Counted from the first letter of the stretch, positions 20,477 to 30,058 are shown. The stretch is 64,000 nucleotides of DNA from Clostridiales bacterium (GCA_020859985.1 JAJBVD010000052.1:24076-88075); one strand, 5' to 3'. Translations and numbers: made by a program. The notes: a model not told the origin generated them from the letters alone.

Positions 20477-20596
20477 GGCAGGTTTACCTGCCAAAGGCTG
20501 TATTTTCATTTCGGGGTGGGCGGAACGCCCATCCAGCCTCAGACATATGACGCGCAAGCGGCATATAGCCTGCATTGCAGGCGGTCTGTGGCCTGC
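20477..20596. other. Hairpin array downstream of cooC
   Basis: ggcaggt-tt-acctgcc; gggtgggcg-gaa-cgcccatcc inside aggctg/cagcct; atatgacgc-gcaa-gcggcatat; gcctgca-t-tgcaggc. Confidence 0.6.
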
Positions 20597-20604
20597 TGTT
20601 CAAT

Positions 20605-21378
20605 TTAGAAAGAACTTGACTTATCCAGAATCTCCTTGATTGCGCGAATCTCGCTGACAGCGGTCGTGCTGTAATCATACGGCGAAGAACCGTTGCGATC
20701 CGCGTCAATAATCTCCGGGTTGTAATGGATCACACCGAGCAGATCCTCTGAAGGGATCTTTGCACGGATAAATTCTTCATCCTTATCATCCCGCACTTTA
20801 TTGGCCACCACAAAGACCTGCTTCACGCCGAGATCGTCGGCAAGGCGTTTTACATTGCGGTAAGTCTGGACACTTCTCGCGCCCGGCTCAATGACGACGA
20901 TAAACGCATCCATACCGCTCGTCGTCCCGCGTCCCAGATGTTCGAGACCTGCTTCCATGTCAAGGATGACTACATCATCCGAGCGAAGCATCAAGTGATT
21001 GATGATCCGTTTCAGCATGACATGCTCCGGGCAGACACATCCGCTGCCGCCAGTTTCTACTGTACCAAGAACGAGGAGCTTCACGCCATTGCATTTCTTC
21101 GCGTATTTATCCGGGATATCATCCACCTTCGGATTAAGCTTGAAAATCTTGTTGAATTCATCCGCACCGGTGCGTTCCTGCACCAGCTTCCGCATTTTTG
21201 TGATCGGCACGATCTCATCCAGATCTTTTTCGTCAAATCCGAGCGCCAGACCGAGGTTAGCATCAGGATCAGCGTCCGCCGCCAGCACGGAGCGGCCCTC
21301 ATCCGCGTAAAGCCGTGCCAGCGTCGCCGCAAATGTTGTCTTACCTACCCCGCCTTTTCCGGTAATCGCAATCTTCAT
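20605..21378 (-). CDS. cooC: CODH nickel-insertion ATPase CooC
   Basis: GKGGVGKT, DADPDANL, GCVCP Ni motif, DMEAGLEHLGRG. Confidence 0.95.
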   Translation of the reverse strand: MKIAITGKGGVGKTTFAATLARLYADEGRSVLAADADPDANLGLALGFDEKDLDEIVPITKMRKLVQERTGADEFNKIFKLNPKVDDIPDKYAKKCNGVKLLVLGTVETGGSGCVCPEHVMLKRIINHLMLRSDDVVILDMEAGLEHLGRGTTSGMDAFIVVIEPGARSVQTYRNVKRLADDLGVKQVFVVANKVRDDKDEEFIRAKIPSEDLLGVIHYNPEIIDADRNGSSPYDYSTTAVSEIRAIKEILDKSSSF

Positions 21379-21480
21379 GAATTCCGCCTCATAATCCTGT
21401 TATATTTGCTAATGCCATAATCCTGAAGTCAGGAACCGGAATGCAGGCATTCCATTTCTGACCTTTTGGACCTTGTATTA

Positions 21481-23373
21481 TCAGATACCTAATGCCGTTC
21501 TCTTCTCCTCGATCCGCTCGATCATTTTATCAACGAGCTTATCGATATCGGTCTCTACCGTGTAAGCAGCCTCTACCCAGTCGCGAATGCCGTTCTGCAG
21601 CAGATCTTCTACCTCAGAAGAGCCTGCTGCGTAGGGATCTACGCCAAGGAAGGTGTCAAGACCAGTCGCTACAACATAGTTACCAATGGATACGGCCTTC
21701 TCGGACATCCACTCTGGTGCGCAGCCGACTACCGGAAGCTGGGAAATATTCCAGCCGGAATCCTTCGCCAAATCTGCTACCAGAACCATCATACGGCTGA
21801 TATCTACACAGGAGCCCATGTGAAGTACCGGCGGGATGTCAGCCAGTTCACAGACTCTCTTAAGTCCCGCGCCGCAGAGATCCTTTGCTCTCTTATCCAT
21901 CAGGCCCGCTCTTGCCGCTGCCTGTGCGGAGCAACCGGAAGCTACGATCACGATATCATTCTCGATCAGCTTCTTCATCAGGGCGATGTGTGCGGTATCC
22001 GGACGAACCTTCGGGTTGTTGCAGCCTACCATCGCAACAGCGCCGCGGATAACGCCGGAATTGATGCACTCAACCAGCGGCTTCAGTGTGCCGGTCTCAT
22101 CAACCTGAGAGTTGGTAACGGTATCCAGGGTCTTCTTAATCGCTTCTACAGAATAACCAACGGTTGCTTTCTGCTTCAGCTGCGGGATATGTACAAGCTC
22201 CGGCTTGCGGTTCTTAAAGTTCTCGATCGCCATCTTTACGATCGCTTTTGCGTTTTCCCCTGCGTTCTCCGGTGAGAAACGGATGTAATCGCTCTCCGGC
22301 ATCTGCGCGATCGGAGAAGTCGTGATGAACTTGGTATGGAAGCATTTTGCCAGCGGTCCGATTGCCGGGAAAATACACTGTACATCCACCACGATTGCCT
22401 CACAGGCGCCGGTCAGGATGACATTCTCCTGCTGAAGGAAGTTGCCCGCCATCGGGATACCACGGCGCATCGCTACCTCATTCGATGTACAGCAGACACC
22501 GGATACAGTGATGCCTTTCGCGCCCATTTCTTTCGCATATGCGATCATTTCCGGATCGTCCGCGTACTCGCAGATCATCTCAGAAAGCGACGGATCATGG
22601 CCGTGTACAACAATGTTTACATTTTCTTCTACCATAACGCCAAGGTTCGCCTCGGTGTCGATCGGCTTCGGTGTACCAAACAGGACATCGGAGAATTCGG
22701 TACCAGCCATGGAGCCGCCCCAGCCATCAGCCAGACCAGCACGAAGAGACTGACGGATCAGCGCTTCCGGCTTGGAAGAACATCCCATATGGGTCATATG
22801 CATCGCGCAGGATACCTCACGGTCGATCGCACGCGGCTGAATTTCTGCTTTCTCCCACAGCTCCTGTGTGTGCTGCGGTGCACGCTTTAGGAAATTCTGG
22901 AACCCAAATACCTTACCATACTCTCCAAGAGCAAGGACTGCCATCTCATGAGCCAGATCATAGATGTCCTTGCCCTCGGTCTCCACACCCCACTCATGAG
23001 CGATGCGGATCAGCTTCTCCGGATCCTTTACCTTATAGTTGCCATTCGGATCTGCGCAGTACAGTGTGTGGCAGATCTCACGGCCGTGATCGGAATGTGT
23101 TGCGGCTCCGCCGGCAGTAAATCTCAGGAAATTACGTCCAACGATACCATGTGCATCACAGCCGCAGATTCCGCGCGGCGCCTTCGGCGTAATGCGGCAC
23201 GGTCCCATCGAACAGATACGGCAGCAGACACCCTGCTCACCAAATTTGCAGTGCGGCGTCTGATTCTTCACACGGAACTGATATGCGTCCGCTCCTACCT
23301 TTGCACCTGTCTCGAGGAGCCGGTTCGTAGCTGCTTCGAACTCCTCAATTGTTGTCAGCTTAAAGTCTCCCAT
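21481..23373 (-). CDS. cooS: Anaerobic Ni-Fe carbon monoxide dehydrogenase catalytic subunit
   Basis: HCKFGEQGVCCRICSMGPC...GICG (D/B clusters); HGHDP, GVCCT, VQCIFP, GCNN, SGCS, GSCVD, SEKA all present; GGAGG SD before ATG 23373. Confidence 0.98.
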   Translation of the reverse strand: MGDFKLTTIEEFEAATNRLLETGAKVGADAYQFRVKNQTPHCKFGEQGVCCRICSMGPCRITPKAPRGICGCDAHGIVGRNFLRFTAGGAATHSDHGREICHTLYCADPNGNYKVKDPEKLIRIAHEWGVETEGKDIYDLAHEMAVLALGEYGKVFGFQNFLKRAPQHTQELWEKAEIQPRAIDREVSCAMHMTHMGCSSKPEALIRQSLRAGLADGWGGSMAGTEFSDVLFGTPKPIDTEANLGVMVEENVNIVVHGHDPSLSEMICEYADDPEMIAYAKEMGAKGITVSGVCCTSNEVAMRRGIPMAGNFLQQENVILTGACEAIVVDVQCIFPAIGPLAKCFHTKFITTSPIAQMPESDYIRFSPENAGENAKAIVKMAIENFKNRKPELVHIPQLKQKATVGYSVEAIKKTLDTVTNSQVDETGTLKPLVECINSGVIRGAVAMVGCNNPKVRPDTAHIALMKKLIENDIVIVASGCSAQAAARAGLMDKRAKDLCGAGLKRVCELADIPPVLHMGSCVDISRMMVLVADLAKDSGWNISQLPVVGCAPEWMSEKAVSIGNYVVATGLDTFLGVDPYAAGSSEVEDLLQNGIRDWVEAAYTVETDIDKLVDKMIERIEEKRTALGI

Positions 23374-23401
23374 AGTAACCTCCATGTTATATTATTATAG
23401 T

Positions 23402-23419
23402 AAACGACGTAAGTCGTTT
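23402..23419. promoter_or_regulatory. Candidate operator in the cooS promoter
   Basis: aaacgac-gtaa-gtcgttt directly upstream of minus-strand TATAAT (23394-23399). Confidence 0.65.
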
Positions 23420-23501
23420 TACAGGAAATGACATCTGTCATTCCCTTTTGCGCCCGCCGCAGGGCTGTAAAGCAGTCATTCCATATGCGGTGGTATGCAT
23501 T

Positions 23502-24272
23502 TTATAAACCAATCTTACTCATAATCTCCTCCAGTGCTTTGCGCACAGGAGAATCCTCCGGCAAAGAGGAAGTGGGCCGTCCATCGCAGTCATACTCATA
23601 GACCTGCTCGTCCTGCGGTACGATTCCAAGGAGCTTTAATCCGCTTTTCTCAATCTCCTCTTTGGTACCGGCATTTAACACACCGCCCGGCGCCCGGTTC
23701 ACGATCAAACCCATCGTCTTCGGATTCAGATGACATTCTTCCACCAGCTCCGCAATCCGCTCTGTCGCCTGAACGCCTCGTCTGGAACAGTCGCTCACCA
23801 GAATCATCGTATCGACTTTTGGCAGAATGCCGCGGCTGATGTGTTCCATCCCCGCTTCATTATCCACGACCACATATTTATAGTTCGGGATCAGCTTCGC
23901 CAGCTGTGCCTGCAAAAGACCGTTCACATAGCAATAACATCCCTGTCCCTGCGAGCGTCCCATCACCAGAAGGTCAAAATCGTCATCCTCAGCAAGGCAG
24001 CGCTGAAGCATCATCTCGGTATAATCCGCTTTTGTCATACCGGATGGAATGCTCTGATTCAGCTTGTCCACATCATGCAGAACTGTCTCGCGGACATCGC
24101 CGAGCGTCATCTCCACATCCACGCCAAGCACTTCGTTCAGATTTGAATTCGCGTCAGCGTCCACAGCGAGGATCGGACGTTCTCCTTTCCTGCACATCGT
24201 CTGGATCAGCAGACCTCCCAGCGTGGTCTTTCCCACACCGCCTTTACCTGCAATTGCAATCACATGTGCCAT
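23502..24272 (-). CDS. cooC: CooC/AcsF-family nickel-insertion ATPase (second paralogue)
   Basis: GKGGVGKT, VDADANSNL, GCYC motif, DNEAGMEHISR. Confidence 0.92.
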   Translation of the reverse strand: MAHVIAIAGKGGVGKTTLGGLLIQTMCRKGERPILAVDADANSNLNEVLGVDVEMTLGDVRETVLHDVDKLNQSIPSGMTKADYTEMMLQRCLAEDDDFDLLVMGRSQGQGCYCYVNGLLQAQLAKLIPNYKYVVVDNEAGMEHISRGILPKVDTMILVSDCSRRGVQATERIAELVEECHLNPKTMGLIVNRAPGGVLNAGTKEEIEKSGLKLLGIVPQDEQVYEYDCDGRPTSSLPEDSPVRKALEEIMSKIGL

Positions 24273-24418
24273 ACATCATAGGCCTCCTTACCCGTAGTGC
24301 ACTGCAGGCCGAGTCATTCGGCACATACAGGCGAATAACAGGTCCTTCCCTGTTATTCGGCGATCGTTTATCGCCTGAATGTTTGTCTAGCATTGCCGCA
24401 TACCTCCATGTTTTATAA

Positions 24419-24438
24419 AAAACGACGCAGGTCGTTTT
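24419..24438. promoter_or_regulatory. Candidate operator upstream of second cooC
   Basis: aaaacgac-gcag-gtcgtttt just downstream of extended -10 TG-TACAAT (24444-24449, minus strand). Confidence 0.65.
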
Positions 24439-24481
24439 ATTACATTGTACAATGATTCAAGAAACTGCAAAATACAAAAAC

Positions 24482-24676
24482 TCAGGCGACATCCTCGCAG
24501 TTGATCTCAACTTTTCCGCCAGTCAGATCAGCCATCGCAATCGTACCCTCAACGACCTTCGTATCGCCCATAACATCCGTCAGTGTAATAAGTCTGCCGT
24601 CCACCTCAATCTTGCTGACATATTCCAGAATCACACTGTCCGGCTCATTCTTTGCATAAACTGTTGCAAGACACAC
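24482..24676 (-). CDS. cooT: CooT-family nickel-binding protein
   Basis: 64 aa, GTG start after GAGGTG gives MCLATVY (Cys2 typical of CooT); CODH context. Confidence 0.85.
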   Translation of the reverse strand: MCLATVYAKNEPDSVILEYVSKIEVDGRLITLTDVMGDTKVVEGTIAMADLTGGKVEINCEDVA

Positions 24677-24776
24677 AGCTGTCACCTCTTTTCGAATGTT
24701 TTATCTGTAACTGTCCCTCTTCCTCAAAGTTACCATTGTCCAAATATCAGGCAAATACTTGTCCTGCTGTCTGTAT

Positions 24777-25214
24777 CTACGCCTGACTGGCAGGGCTGTC
24801 TGAAACCATGGAAAGCGCCAGCCGCAGGTAAAGATTGCCTTTCTGAAACTCATCGACTGCTTTCTTGATCTGTTCGGCAGCATCCGCTTTACCATTAGCA
24901 CGAAACTGCTCCGCCACCTGATCAAGCTCCGCCGCATGATGCTCGTTGTGTTTGAGCATATAGTCAAGCAGCGCAGTCATCTTATCTCCCGACGGCATCT
25001 CGTGCGAATGTGCTTCGCAGGAACCGCAATGCGTGTGATCTCCGTCCGCTCCGTGACAATGTACATCACCATGCTCATGGGTGTGATGGTGATCGTCCTC
25101 CTGACCATGCTCATGGGTATGTGGATGAGAATGCTCATACGTGTGGGTATGGGTGTGCTCATGCTCATGCCCGTGCTGGATTAAATTTCCATTTTCATCC
25201 TGAATCAGATGCAT
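24777..25214 (-). CDS. His-rich putative nickel chaperone/storage protein
   Basis: About 23 His in the first ~72 aa plus CGSC; helical C-domain LLDYMLKHNEHHAAEL; SD AAGGGG. Confidence 0.8.
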   Translation of the reverse strand: MHLIQDENGNLIQHGHEHEHTHTHTYEHSHPHTHEHGQEDDHHHTHEHGDVHCHGADGDHTHCGSCEAHSHEMPSGDKMTALLDYMLKHNEHHAAELDQVAEQFRANGKADAAEQIKKAVDEFQKGNLYLRLALSMVSDSPASQA

Positions 25215-25353
25215 AACTGATCCCCTTTCTTTTAATTGCACATAACTGATCGATATAATTCTCACAGCTATAACAATGCTTTCTTTCGGAGGGTATCATA
25301 AGCGGCATCAGGCAATGCAAAATGACGCATTTGGACTGCTATAAATGTTATGA

Positions 25354-25371
25354 TTGTTAAAATTTTCACGT
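25354..25371. promoter_or_regulatory. Rex-box-like site upstream of the His-rich gene
   Basis: TTGTTAA-aatt-TTCACGT versus consensus TTGT(G/T)AA-N4-TT(C/A)ACAA, 12/14 arm positions. Confidence 0.5.
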
Positions 25372-25567
25372 TCAAGCGCACAAAAATAGCATCCCCCCGG
25401 TAAGGATACCTCATCCTAACATAAATGTCCGGAAAATACAACGATTCCCCGGACATTTTCTTAAAAAGTATTGAAAAAAATACAATGATTTTTTATATCT
25501 TCTATACGCGTATCTGATAAAACAGAATGCGCCGTGGCACAGGATAAGCAAGCAAAACACACTCTCT

Positions 25568-26578
25568 TCAGTTCCACGGTACCAGCGAATTCTCCACACC
25601 CATATCGCGAAGCATGAGATCCGATACTGCCTCTTTGGGATCTTTTCCTTCAAACAGGACCTTATTTACCTGCTCGATGATCGGCAGCTCTACATCGTAT
25701 TTCTGTGCAAGGGCAACCGCGGACTTCGTGGAATACACACCCTCTACGACCATATTTACTTCCTTCATGGCTTCTTCCATGGTATAGCCCTGTCCAAGCA
25801 GGATGCCCGCGCGCCGGTTGCGGCTGTGCATGCTCGCGCAGGTCACAATCAGATCTCCGATACCGGTCAGTCCGCAGAAGGTCTCAAAATGACCGCCCAT
25901 CTTTGTGCCAAGTCTGGCTATCTCCACAATTCCCCGCGTGATCAAAGCCGCTTTCGCATTGTCACCGTACCCCATGCCGTCGGCAATACCGGCAGCCAGC
26001 GCGATGACATTTTTCAGAGAACCGCCGAGTTCAATGCCGATCATGTCAGAACTGATGTATACCCGGAATACAGGGCTCATAAACAGCTTCTGCAGCATCC
26101 GTGCCGTCGCCTCATCCTTTGCACCGATGACAATTGTCGTTGGCATGGAGCGAGCCACTTCCTCCGCATGGCTTGGACCGGAGATCACTGCCGCGTTGGC
26201 CTGCGGAATCTCCTCTTCGATGATATCCGTCATCGTCATAAGGGAACATTCTTCGATGCCCTTTGCCGCGTTCACGATCACCATTCCTTCCGGTACAAGA
26301 GGGCGCATTTTTTTCGCCGTTTCACGCACAACTGAGGACGGGCTGACAAGCACCAGCATATCCTGTCCCGGTATCGCTTCCGACAGATCAGACGTCACAC
26401 GGATCTGTTCCGGCAGCTTCACGCCGGGAAGCTTGGATGGCAATTCATGCGTCGTACGGATCAGCTCCGCGTCCGACTCCAGAAAAGACCAGATCGTCAC
26501 TTCATTTCCATTCTCAAATAACAGTTTTGAAAGCGCGAGGCCCCAGCTTCCCGCACCGATTACACCGACCTTAGCCAT
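25568..26578 (-). CDS. gpsA: NAD(P)H-dependent glycerol-3-phosphate dehydrogenase
   Basis: VIGAGSWG, SGPSHAEEV, LKNVIALAAG, GIGDLIVTC, SRNRRAG. Confidence 0.98.
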   Translation of the reverse strand: MAKVGVIGAGSWGLALSKLLFENGNEVTIWSFLESDAELIRTTHELPSKLPGVKLPEQIRVTSDLSEAIPGQDMLVLVSPSSVVRETAKKMRPLVPEGMVIVNAAKGIEECSLMTMTDIIEEEIPQANAAVISGPSHAEEVARSMPTTIVIGAKDEATARMLQKLFMSPVFRVYISSDMIGIELGGSLKNVIALAAGIADGMGYGDNAKAALITRGIVEIARLGTKMGGHFETFCGLTGIGDLIVTCASMHSRNRRAGILLGQGYTMEEAMKEVNMVVEGVYSTKSAVALAQKYDVELPIIEQVNKVLFEGKDPKEAVSDLMLRDMGVENSLVPWN

Positions 26579-26629
26579 ATTGTGGTCCTCCTTTTGAATT
26601 GTTTCCTGCATCATAACTGTTCCGTACTT

Positions 26630-27283
26630 TTACTTCGATTTTTTCGATTTGTCCAGAAAGCCCGCTTTTCTCTCTTCTCCTTTTCGCAGCCGGTCAATAT
26701 TTCCGCGGTGCCTGTAAAAATCCAGTGCCGCGATCACGGCAACGACAATATACAGTTCAATCAGATATCTCTGCGTCATCCCCAGAAAACCCAGCTGGCC
26801 AAAGATGATCGATTCCACAAAAAAGCCTCCGGCCACGATGAGAGAACCGACCGATACATAGCCGGTCGAAAAGAAACCCGCGCAAAACCCGATGATCGCC
26901 AGCAGGCAGAGCGCAGGGTGCAAAGCCAGCGTCGTCCCGCCGGTCGTCGCAATCCCCTTGCCGCCGCGAAATCCCAGATAAAACGGAAAGCTGTGTCCCA
27001 GTACCGCACCGAGTCCTGTGTATACACAGAGCAACGGCCAGATATCTGCACATGATTTTCCAAAGATCAGCCAGGAAACCAGCGCTGCAAAAACCGGCTT
27101 CAGTCCATCCCCGATAAAGGTAAGCGCGCCCCAGCCCTTTCCCAGTGTACGCATCATATTCGTCGTACCGGCGTTTCCGCTGCCGTAATCACGGATATCG
27201 ATCCCGTGCAGCTTCCCAATAAAATAGCTGGTCTCAAAAAGTCCAAACACATAACCGATCACAAGACATGCAAGACGTTCCAT
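26630..27283 (-). CDS. plsY: Glycerol-3-phosphate acyltransferase PlsY
   Basis: GSGNAGTTN, GHSFP, GGKGIATTGG, HRGNIDRL. Confidence 0.97.
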   Translation of the reverse strand: MERLACLVIGYVFGLFETSYFIGKLHGIDIRDYGSGNAGTTNMMRTLGKGWGALTFIGDGLKPVFAALVSWLIFGKSCADIWPLLCVYTGLGAVLGHSFPFYLGFRGGKGIATTGGTTLALHPALCLLAIIGFCAGFFSTGYVSVGSLIVAGGFFVESIIFGQLGFLGMTQRYLIELYIVVAVIAALDFYRHRGNIDRLRKGEERKAGFLDKSKKSK

Positions 27284-28612
27284 TTAACTCTCTTTATCCT
27301 TTCGTTCCCGTATAATAAATTTCAACGGCGTACCCCGGAACCCAAAGGCATCCCGGATGCGGTTCTCCAGATATCTGGTATAGGAAAAATGCATCAGATC
27401 CTTATCGTTGACAAAAACGACAAAGGTCGGCGGCTTGACACGTGCCTGCGTGATATAATACAGCTTCAGCCGTCTGCCTTTATCCGACGGCGGCTGTTTC
27501 AGCGCGACCGCCTCTGCCATGATCTCGTTGAGCACACCTGTCTTGACACGCATCGAATGATTCTGGATCACCATGTCGATCGTATCAAAAAGCTTCGGCA
27601 GACGCTGCCCGGTCTGAGCCGATATAAAAATAATCTCTGCATAAGGCATATAGGAAAGCACCTGACGGATCTTCTCTGTGTGGCGGTAAATCGTTTTATC
27701 GTCTTTCTCGATAGCGTCCCATTTGTTGACCGCGATGACGATTCCCTTGCCGCGCTCATGTGCGATCCCGGCAATATGGGCGTCCTGTTCGGTCACTCCC
27801 TCGGTCGCATCGATCATGATCACGACAACGTCTGCGCGTTCCACAGCAGTCACTGTGCGGATGATGCTGTAGCGCTCAATCTGTTCCTTGATCTTACTTT
27901 TTCTGCGCAGGCCTGCTGTGTCAATAAACACATACTCCCGTCCCTGCCATTTCACCACTGTATCGACAGCATCCCGTGTGGTGCCGGCGATGTCGGTAAC
28001 GATCAGCCGGTCTTCTCCCAACAGCTTATTGATCAGCGAAGATTTGCCGACGTTCGGCTTGCCTACAATCGCGATTCGGGGGCGTTCGTCCTCCTCCGTA
28101 TAGACTTTTTCCGGATTAAAATAAGAAGTCACGACATCCAGCATATCGCCAAGACCCTGCCGGTTCGCGGCAGAGATGGGCACCGGATCGCCAATACCGA
28201 GATTATAAAATTCATAGACGTCCGACTGATACTTCTTAAAGCTGTCCACCTTGTTCACAACCAGTACCACCGGCTTATGGGAGCGGCGAAGCATGTCCGC
28301 CACCTTCGCATCCGAATCCACAAGTCCCTGCTGGCAGTCTACCAGAAAAATAATAACATCCGCTGTATCAATCGCGATCTGCGCCTGTTCGCGCATCCGG
28401 GAAAGCATGAGATCCTTACTCTCCGGCTCAATTCCGCCTGTGTCAATCAGGGTAAAATTCAGATTCAGCCATTCTACATCCGTGTAAATCCGGTCCCGCG
28501 TCACGCCCGGTGTATCCTTCACAATCGCAATGTTGGATCCGGCCAGTGCATTAAAAAGAGTGGATTTCCCCACGTTCGGCCTGCCGACGATTGCTACGAT
28601 CGGTTTACTCAT
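27284..28612 (-). CDS. der: Ribosome biogenesis GTPase Der (EngA)
   Basis: Two G domains GRPNVGKS and [16 protein letters not shown]. Confidence 0.99.
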   Translation of the reverse strand: MSKPIVAIVGRPNVGKSTLFNALAGSNIAIVKDTPGVTRDRIYTDVEWLNLNFTLIDTGGIEPESKDLMLSRMREQAQIAIDTADVIIFLVDCQQGLVDSDAKVADMLRRSHKPVVLVVNKVDSFKKYQSDVYEFYNLGIGDPVPISAANRQGLGDMLDVVTSYFNPEKVYTEEDERPRIAIVGKPNVGKSSLINKLLGEDRLIVTDIAGTTRDAVDTVVKWQGREYVFIDTAGLRRKSKIKEQIERYSIIRTVTAVERADVVVIMIDATEGVTEQDAHIAGIAHERGKGIVIAVNKWDAIEKDDKTIYRHTEKIRQVLSYMPYAEIIFISAQTGQRLPKLFDTIDMVIQNHSMRVKTGVLNEIMAEAVALKQPPSDKGRRLKLYYITQARVKPPTFVVFVNDKDLMHFSYTRYLENRIRDAFGFRGTPLKFIIRERKDKES

Positions 28613-28621
28613 AACATATCC

Positions 28622-30058
28622 TCACTCTCCAATAATTGCATTTAATAAATCATGCCCGTCTGATTCTACAATACGCACCGGAATTTGTAAAGCATTTTCC
28701 AGGTCACTGACACTTACATCATCCAGAAAAACCTGCTCCCCGCTGCGCAGCATGCTGCATGGAAGCAACAGTACCTCTCCAAGCTCCCGTCCCTTTAGCT
28801 GCACGATCAGATCCTTCCCGGTGATCAGACCGGATACTGTAATCATCTCTCCAAAGAAGTCATTTTGAATCTCATAAACATGAACGCGGACATTTGGGTA
28901 TCTCTCACAAATATGCCCGCATAATTCCCGAAGAAACGGTGCGGCAAGCTTTCCGGTCGCGACAGAGACTATCCTTGATCCCTCATCTTCTATGTCGATG
29001 CAGTCCTGGTTGTTCTCATATGCCGCATACGAACCGCCAGATCCATCGTCCGGAGAAACCGCTATTTTATTGCCCAGGTATCGTTCATTCACATCATCGC
29101 ATTGTGAAACAGAATTTTGCAGCGCTTCTTCCACTTCCTCATACAACAGGCGCATCATACCGACGCCATTCTCCAGCTGCAGATAGCCATCGTAGCGCTC
29201 CGCTTCCGGGAACGGCCGTCCGGCCAAAATATACCATTCGTCTGACGCATGAATAAAATGAAGGCCATATTCTTCGAAAATCTTTTTTTGCCATGCTTCA
29301 ATGCAGTCAATGACCTGCAAGGCATCCTCCGGTGTGAATGCTTCAAGCGGATAAAGGCCGTCGCGATGCTTCGTCAGGCCGACCGGCACCACGGAAACAC
29401 TGCGCAGATGCGGCAGATATGCGGTCAGCTTTCGAATTGAATCATCCAGTTCTTTACCGTCATTGATACCCCGGCAGAGTACAATCTGCCCATTCATCTC
29501 GACTCCGGCATCTGCCAGCCTCTGCACCTTTGGAAAGATATCCCCCGCAAAACGATTGCGCAGCATCTCACACCGCAGCCTTGGGTTCATAGTGTGGAAT
29601 GAAATGTTAATCGGCTCCAGATGATAGCGGATAATACGGTCTATATCATGATCGTTCATGTTTGTAAGCGTTACGTAGTTCCCCTGCAAAAAAGAAAGAC
29701 GCGAATCATCATCCTTAAAATACAGCGTATCCCGCATCCCCTTCGGCATCTGATCGATAAAGCAGAAAATACAGTGATTCCGGCAGGAACGATATTCATC
29801 CATCAGAGAGGAGTCAAAAATAATCCCCAGATCCTCCTCAAATTCCTTCTCAATCTCCAGTTCCCACTCTTCCCCGTCTGCTTTACGCACCTGCAGGGTC
29901 AGATACTCATCATTAATCAGATAGTGATAGTCAAAGACATCCTCTATCTGCTGCTCATTCACGGAAAGCACCACATCCCCCGGCGCAAGCTCCAGCTCCT
30001 CGGCAATACTTCCCGGTTCTATTTCTTTAATAATATGTTCCGTGATCTTCTTTTCCAT
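28622..30058 (-). CDS. DUF512 radical SAM-like protein with N-terminal PDZ-like domain
   Basis: CRNHCIFCFIDQ, YFKDDDSRLSF, QLENGVG; usual position upstream of der. Confidence 0.9.
   Translation of the reverse strand: MEKKITEHIIKEIEPGSIAEELELAPGDVVLSVNEQQIEDVFDYHYLINDEYLTLQVRKADGEEWELEIEKEFEEDLGIIFDSSLMDEYRSCRNHCIFCFIDQMPKGMRDTLYFKDDDSRLSFLQGNYVTLTNMNDHDIDRIIRYHLEPINISFHTMNPRLRCEMLRNRFAGDIFPKVQRLADAGVEMNGQIVLCRGINDGKELDDSIRKLTAYLPHLRSVSVVPVGLTKHRDGLYPLEAFTPEDALQVIDCIEAWQKKIFEEYGLHFIHASDEWYILAGRPFPEAERYDGYLQLENGVGMMRLLYEEVEEALQNSVSQCDDVNERYLGNKIAVSPDDGSGGSYAAYENNQDCIDIEDEGSRIVSVATGKLAAPFLRELCGHICERYPNVRVHVYEIQNDFFGEMITVSGLITGKDLIVQLKGRELGEVLLLPCSMLRSGEQVFLDDVSVSDLENALQIPVRIVESDGHDLLNAIIGE

Noticed and set aside
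20270-20604. NiCo or cobalamin riboswitch in the acs cluster
   Set aside because: Hairpins present but conserved riboswitch sequence motifs not recognisable; kept only as an unassigned structure
21481-23373. Possible in-frame stop/readthrough in cooS, as reported for some clostridial acsA
   Set aside because: The ORF is uninterrupted here
27206-28645. 479-aa plus-strand ORF, and the many other plus-strand ORFs opposite known genes
   Set aside because: Shadows of der and other conserved minus-strand genes
28950-29110. Acidic ~45-aa insertion in DUF512, and short insertions in RimM
   Set aside because: Look like ordinary variable loops; no repeat or intein motifs
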